A stretch of DNA of 64,000 bases, taken from Amoebidium appalachense (Eukaryota; Protista; Ichthyosporea). The position numbers were made by a program, and so were the translations under genes. How positions within the stretch are numbered: the stretch's first letter is position 1; each line of letters starts with the position of its first letter. Under the pieces are notes generated by a model. It worked only from the letters and a program-made list of their open reading frames with translations. It was not told the DNA's origin and did no database searches. Shown here one piece after another: positions 45,308-64,000 of the stretch. The DNA lies in contig CAVNZM010000016.1 of NCBI GenBank assembly GCA_963693365.1, forward strand, positions 1,557,538 through 1,621,537, written 5' to 3'.

Positions 45308-45466
45308 TTCAACGGTTCTCATCCGAGCTGTGGTATTTGGCGCCAAGGAAAGCCAATCAGAGGAAAGGTGTTTGTCAGCCGTTGTTGGCGTCATCCCATA
45401 AGCTTGGGAAAATCAATGAACTTTGGCCAATCAACGCAAAGGATTGAATGCGGCGCAGGTATATAA
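45308..45466. promoter_or_regulatory. Cluster of cell-cycle-type promoter motifs
   Basis: Myb/MSA-like TTCAACGGTT (45308-45317), E2F TTTGGCGCCAA (45336-45346), CCAAT boxes (~45353, ~45427) and TATA-like tatataa (~45459). Confidence 0.45.
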
Positions 45467-45663
45467 AGCTGGTCACCTACACGGAATGCAACAGTTCGAC
45501 CGGTTCGGATTCCCGTGTGGCTATAGCTATGACGCGTGCACTTCAGTTCATGTTGACGTCCAACATGCGAAGCAGAATACTAGGCTACGACAGGAGCGGG
45601 AATTTTTTTCAAGAAGAATTGGGCGGAAAAGGTGGTTCATGGCACGCGATCACACACACACAC

Positions 45664-45694
<31 letters not shown>

Positions 45695-45918
45695 TGCACG
45701 TGACACACACACACACACACACGCGCGCGCGTGCACACACACACAGTCTCAGCCCGTTCACCACGGCTTTTTAATATAAAAAAGTAATTAACATGGAAGT
45801 GCAAAAAAGAAAAAAAAATGGCAAAAGTGCGGTGGAGGGACGAGTCCATCATTCGCCTGGCACTACACAAAACATACACCCAACTCACTAACCATATCTA
45901 AACATATCCCTTTAAATC

Positions 45919-59562
<13,644 letters not shown>

Positions 59563-60329
59563 TTTCGCTGCTGGGCAAAAAAATTAATTTTAGCCCCTGG
59601 GCCGAACACAAACACAGGCTCAGAATTTGACGTGGCACATGTACGTGAAGTTAACGTCGACGTGGAACGGAGATGTGTGTGTGTGTGTGTGTTTGGGGGG
59701 GCGGGGGAGGGGAGGGGGGGGGGGGGAAGGGGGGGAGCAGGCAGATTCTGAGGTATTTAAACAGGAAGAACGATGAAACAGGAGACGGGAGGCAGGTGTG
59801 GAAACGTTTTTTGTGCTGGTGAGTGGGTGTCGGTTGAAAATTTGAGAGGGGAGGGGGGCGGAGGCGAGAGGGGGGGGGGGGGGGGGGTTGAAGTTTGGTG
59901 TACTCGGTGTTGAAGGTAAAGGAAGATGGTGGGAGGAAAGAAGTTTTGGGAAAGGATAAGAAGGCGGGGAGGACGGGGCGGGGAGAGATAGAGGACGCAA
60001 GAGAGGGAGGGAGGGCGGGAGGGAAAGGACGGGGGGAGGGGAAGGGGGGGGGGGGGGGGGGGGGGAGAAAGGAGGGGGGGGGGGGGGGAGGGAGGGAGGG
60101 AGGGAGGGAGGGAGGGAGGGAAGGGGGAAGGGGTCATGGAGGGAGGGAGGGAGGGGGGGGGGGGGAGGAGAGGAAGGCACGGAGGGGAGGGGGGGGGGGG
60201 AGGGGGGGAGGGGGGGGGGGAGATTGGAGGGGGGAGGGAGAGGAAGAAGAGCAAGAGAGAGGGGGGGGGGGGGGGGGGGGGGGGGGGAGAGAGAGAGAGA
60301 AAGAGAGAGAGAGAGACACACACACACAG

Positions 60330-60397
<68 letters not shown>

Positions 60398-60566
60398 TCT
60401 TCCCCTCCCTCCCTCCCTTCTTTACCTCTTCGCCATCCCCCGCCCCCCTGCATCCCCCTCTTCCCCCCCCCCCCCCCCGCCCGGGCACCCTAACTCTCTC
60501 CCCCTCATCCCCCCCCCTCCCTCTCTTCCTTCTTACCCCCTGTCCTCCCTCCTCCCTCTCTCTTAA

Positions 60567-60614
<48 letters not shown>

Positions 60615-62935
60615 CCCCCCCCCTCTCCCCCCTCCCCCCCCGGTGAATCTCATTCAACAAGCAGAGGGGGGTAGGGGGGGTAGGGGGGGAGGGGGTGGGG
60701 GGGGGGGAGGGGGCAGGCACGAGGATGACCAGCATGTGGAAAAGACTGCGAATGATAAAGAATCCGAAAGCGCAATGGACTTGGCGGGGAGGAGGGGGGG
60801 GAGGGGGAAGGGGAAGGGGGGGGGGGGGGGGGGGGGGGGGGGTTGGAAGTGCGGGATAAAACATACCAGCCGGTGCGGCTTGCTGTTGTGGGAGTCGAAA
60901 CTTCGAGATGAAAGAAGGTGTTGCTTTAATGGCCCAAATCTTCACTATGTTTATCTGGATGTCACAGGTGTAGGCTCTAGTAGCGGTAAGGTGGCGTACA
61001 TAGCTTCCCAGCTAGTATATATAAGGAGGTTGTAACACAGGGCGGAGGGGGGGGAAGGGGAAGGGGGGCAAGGGGGGGGGGGGGGGGGGGGGGAATGCAG
61101 CCCCAAGATCTGATCTATATTATGTGCACGTTTCGATTCAAGTACTCAATAGCTTTGCTGAGAGGGAAATAAGAAAGACGACCGTACAGTAAAACGCTCT
61201 ATTGTATCTTTGGCGATTCTGAAACCCTAATCGCCTTAGGCAGTTAGTATCTATACGTAAACTGAAATATATAACCAAAGAAAAAAAATAGGTGCCGGCT
61301 TTGCCAAGTGACGACACTGCGGCTGCGGTCGGCGATCGTGACGGGTACAATCTAAGTCGCGCATACCCTCAGTAAGAGAGTGCTCGATGCTGACGAGTAA
61401 GACTACTTCGCACGGCGCACGCGCCCACGGTGGTCACCACTCACCAGTTTAGTGACGTCACAGTACAGTGCTGCTTGCTTGGAGGCTTTGGCTCACTCTT
61501 ATCAGTTAGATCCCGCCTATCTGCGCTTATGTTTCTTCTAAGCTGCATTAAATACGTGTAAATACTCCGTATATATTTCATATATAATAATTACTCTGTT
61601 AGAGCTTTCTCTTATTTTTTTTTGCATTTTAGTAGCTGATGACAGGGGCACGTGAATTTTGAGCCAGCTATGTTCTATTCCCCAATCAGAATAGGGCCTT
61701 TTGGAGGCGGGCAAATAACACCCCAGCTGTATTAGATAGATCCCAGTGGCCTTTTCCAGCTCTAAAAATTAGGAAAAGATACGAATACGCAGACATAAGG
61801 CATAAAGTTATATTTGTGGTTTTTTATTTTTCCTTATGCTACAAAAAGAGCTAATAAAGCTATTTAATGAAAAAAAGAGCGAGTCCTAAGAAAGCAATTT
61901 TTTTCTCTTTGCAACTTGCTCCAGCAACAGCCAATCACCGCGAACTTGCGGGCGTCTGACTCGTCCGTTGTGCCTCTGCGACCAGGCTCGGCCCTCGGGA
62001 TCACCGTGAGCGCAATCTTTATTGCCGGCATACCTATATTCGAGGGCACGCGCTTTTTTCTATGACCCAAGGCTTTAGACCAAAGGACAATCTCTCTTGT
62101 GTAAGAAAATACGTCAAAGTGCTTTGTTCAGTAGTGCCACAGGTGCCGCAGTAGAGGGATTTTTGACATGTCCAGCAGAAGCTAACGATAATCCGACATT
62201 GAGCGTTCTAGACGCGTGATCTCTCACCAATTAAAAAGGCGCATGTAAATATGATGTTGAACGAAGCAGCATGAAGGCTCGTGCAACACCGCCGCATATC
62301 ATGTAGAAAGTAATGGGCTGGCCGGTGGCCAATGGTTTCTCGCTATTTTTTTTTTTTAAGTTACAATTTTGTTAGTTTGTAAGGTAACAAAAAACTCTAA
62401 AAGTCTGCATACATACATATACATACTGACAAAACCTAGGGATGCCCAGATCTCCTGGGGAGGTCCTCCTATTTATCCAATCAGCAATAACCATTTTAGA
62501 TTTTAAATCACCGTGTATGCACGATCTAAGGGTTGGCCCTTTGCTTCTAGTCTGACGGGAACGCTGTATACGCCACCAGTTTCGTCCTTTATTTTCTTCG
62601 TTTTATCGGGAAAAAAAACATCCGTTTGAAAAATAGAGAGAGAGCAAAGCAAGAGAGACAGCGTTACACATTTGTGCGGATGGCACTAGACTGTTAGGTA
62701 TACTCCGTTCTGTTTTACAGGTATAGAGGATAGAAGAAAAATGCTTGAAAGCTGATGTTTTTTTGGTGATTCTCTTCCTTGTATTAGACCTCGGTCAACT
62801 GCATGGTGACAGCTGAGAATACGCTCAACACGTTAACTCTTTGTTCCTGGACTGTGCAGTGGTTTTCGAAGTTGGATAATTCTCTTTGAATTTTTTTTCT
62901 AGCATAACTTTTTTTCTTTTGCCTTTTTCATGTAG

Positions 62936-64000
62936 GTCAAAGCACACCTCTGAGCCTGTTTTCCAGGTTTCCTGTTTCGCAAACTTTTCTTGATGTTTTG
63001 GCGCCCCAGTTTCGCGCCGGCGAGATGAAGACCATGGGGCGAACCCTCTACCAGTGCAGTGTGTGCGATGCGAACCCAAGCAAACGTCATAACGTAGAAA
63101 GGCATGTTTGGCTACAGCATGTTCGCAAATGGATGAACCTTCGCACACAGGAGTACCAGGTATCCATGCACAAAAAGTATGTCGAGCGCTACATTCGAAA
63201 GCAGTCGGAGGCTGGAGGCACACTGCACAGTGCCCCAGAGGATTATCCTCCAGGCGAATTTCAGCCTCTCCCATTCAAGGAGGAGCAGAGAGTCGTAAAA
63301 TTCGAGCAGGAATACGAAGAGGCTGCCTATAACGAGCAGCCGGATGGCAACTTGGAGCAAGAAACATACTTGTCTGACGCAAACGTAAGCATGAACGGTA
63401 GTTACGCAAACACGCTTCCCTCACTCCCTCTTTCTTTTGTGAAACCTGAGGTTAGCCCGGATACGACGCCGCAAAGCCGTATAGGTAGCCCTCCTCAGAG
63501 CCCGAATAGCGGTGCCTCTCAGACAGCGGCTGGGGATTTTGGTTTTGGGGACATGACAGCACCACCTTTGCCACAGACAGACATGAACGTGTATGGCTCC
63601 CTAGAGCCGAAACCGGACCTTTTCCCTAATGAATTGTCGTCGGAAAACGCAACACCTGAACAGGATGATGGTGCTGCTGATGCTGCCCCGGTTGTTTTTG
63701 AAAATTATCTTGCGCAGTTGGCGCAGAACAACATTAACCATTATAAACAGGCACAAGCAGCGGTAGCTCGCACATTGTCGTCCTCGGGTAGTGATTTGAC
63801 CGGACAGTCGTCGTTGCAATTCGACAGCAGTCAGAGCATGTCAAATCCATACGCGGCAATGCAGACACCCGGCAGTTATCCGTCGGTTTCCCCACCACTC
63901 CAGCAAACGATGCAGATGCCACAACAAGAGCAAAACGCCCCAATGCAGCCAGCCATGTTTTTACCGCAGCTCGCACAGCCGCAGGCACAGGTGCCGTCAA
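62936..64000 (+). CDS. C2H2 zinc-finger protein, probable transcription factor; 3'-partial, 5' end uncertain
   Basis: Stop-free frame from a TAG acceptor at 62935 to the window end (absent from the ORF track because it has no stop). First in-frame Met at 63025. YQCSVCDANPSKRHNVERHVWLQH = C-x2-C-x12-H-x4-H (63049-63120), followed by acidic, S/P-rich and Q/P-rich regions. Confidence 0.82.

Noticed and set aside
45423-45779. Plus-strand ORF after CCAAT/TATA motifs
   Set aside because: It runs into a (CA)n tract and has no recognisable domain or splice support.

Overview
Eukaryotic nuclear DNA, probably from a unicellular eukaryote with anaerobic capacity; the lineage cannot be fixed from sequence alone. 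Most ORFs in the six-frame track are translations of intronic poly-G/poly-C and (CA)n/(GT)n tracts. Joining GT-AG exons by hand gives seven spliced genes: an ankyrin-repeat protein (-, runs off the left edge), an F-box protein (+), a 13-exon M3-type [FeFe]-hydrogenase with a mitochondrial-type presequence (+), a small secreted Cys/Met-Pro-rich protein (+), cyclin A (-), a BRO1-domain BROX-like protein (-) and a C2H2 zinc-finger protein (+, runs off the right edge). Also present are an intronic tRNA-Glu(TTC), a decayed LINE reverse transcriptase, several MITEs and a ~900-bp foldback palindrome. The most unusual signals concern intron architecture. (CA)n tracts replace the polypyrimidine tract at many 3' splice sites. 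Minisatellites are built from splice-acceptor or branch-point sequence. A ~100-bp AG-poor repeat occurs only in introns and always in one orientation relative to transcription. The cyclin A upstream region has an animal-like CDE/CHR + E2F + CCAAT motif set. All gene models were made by eye and need RNA-seq confirmation.
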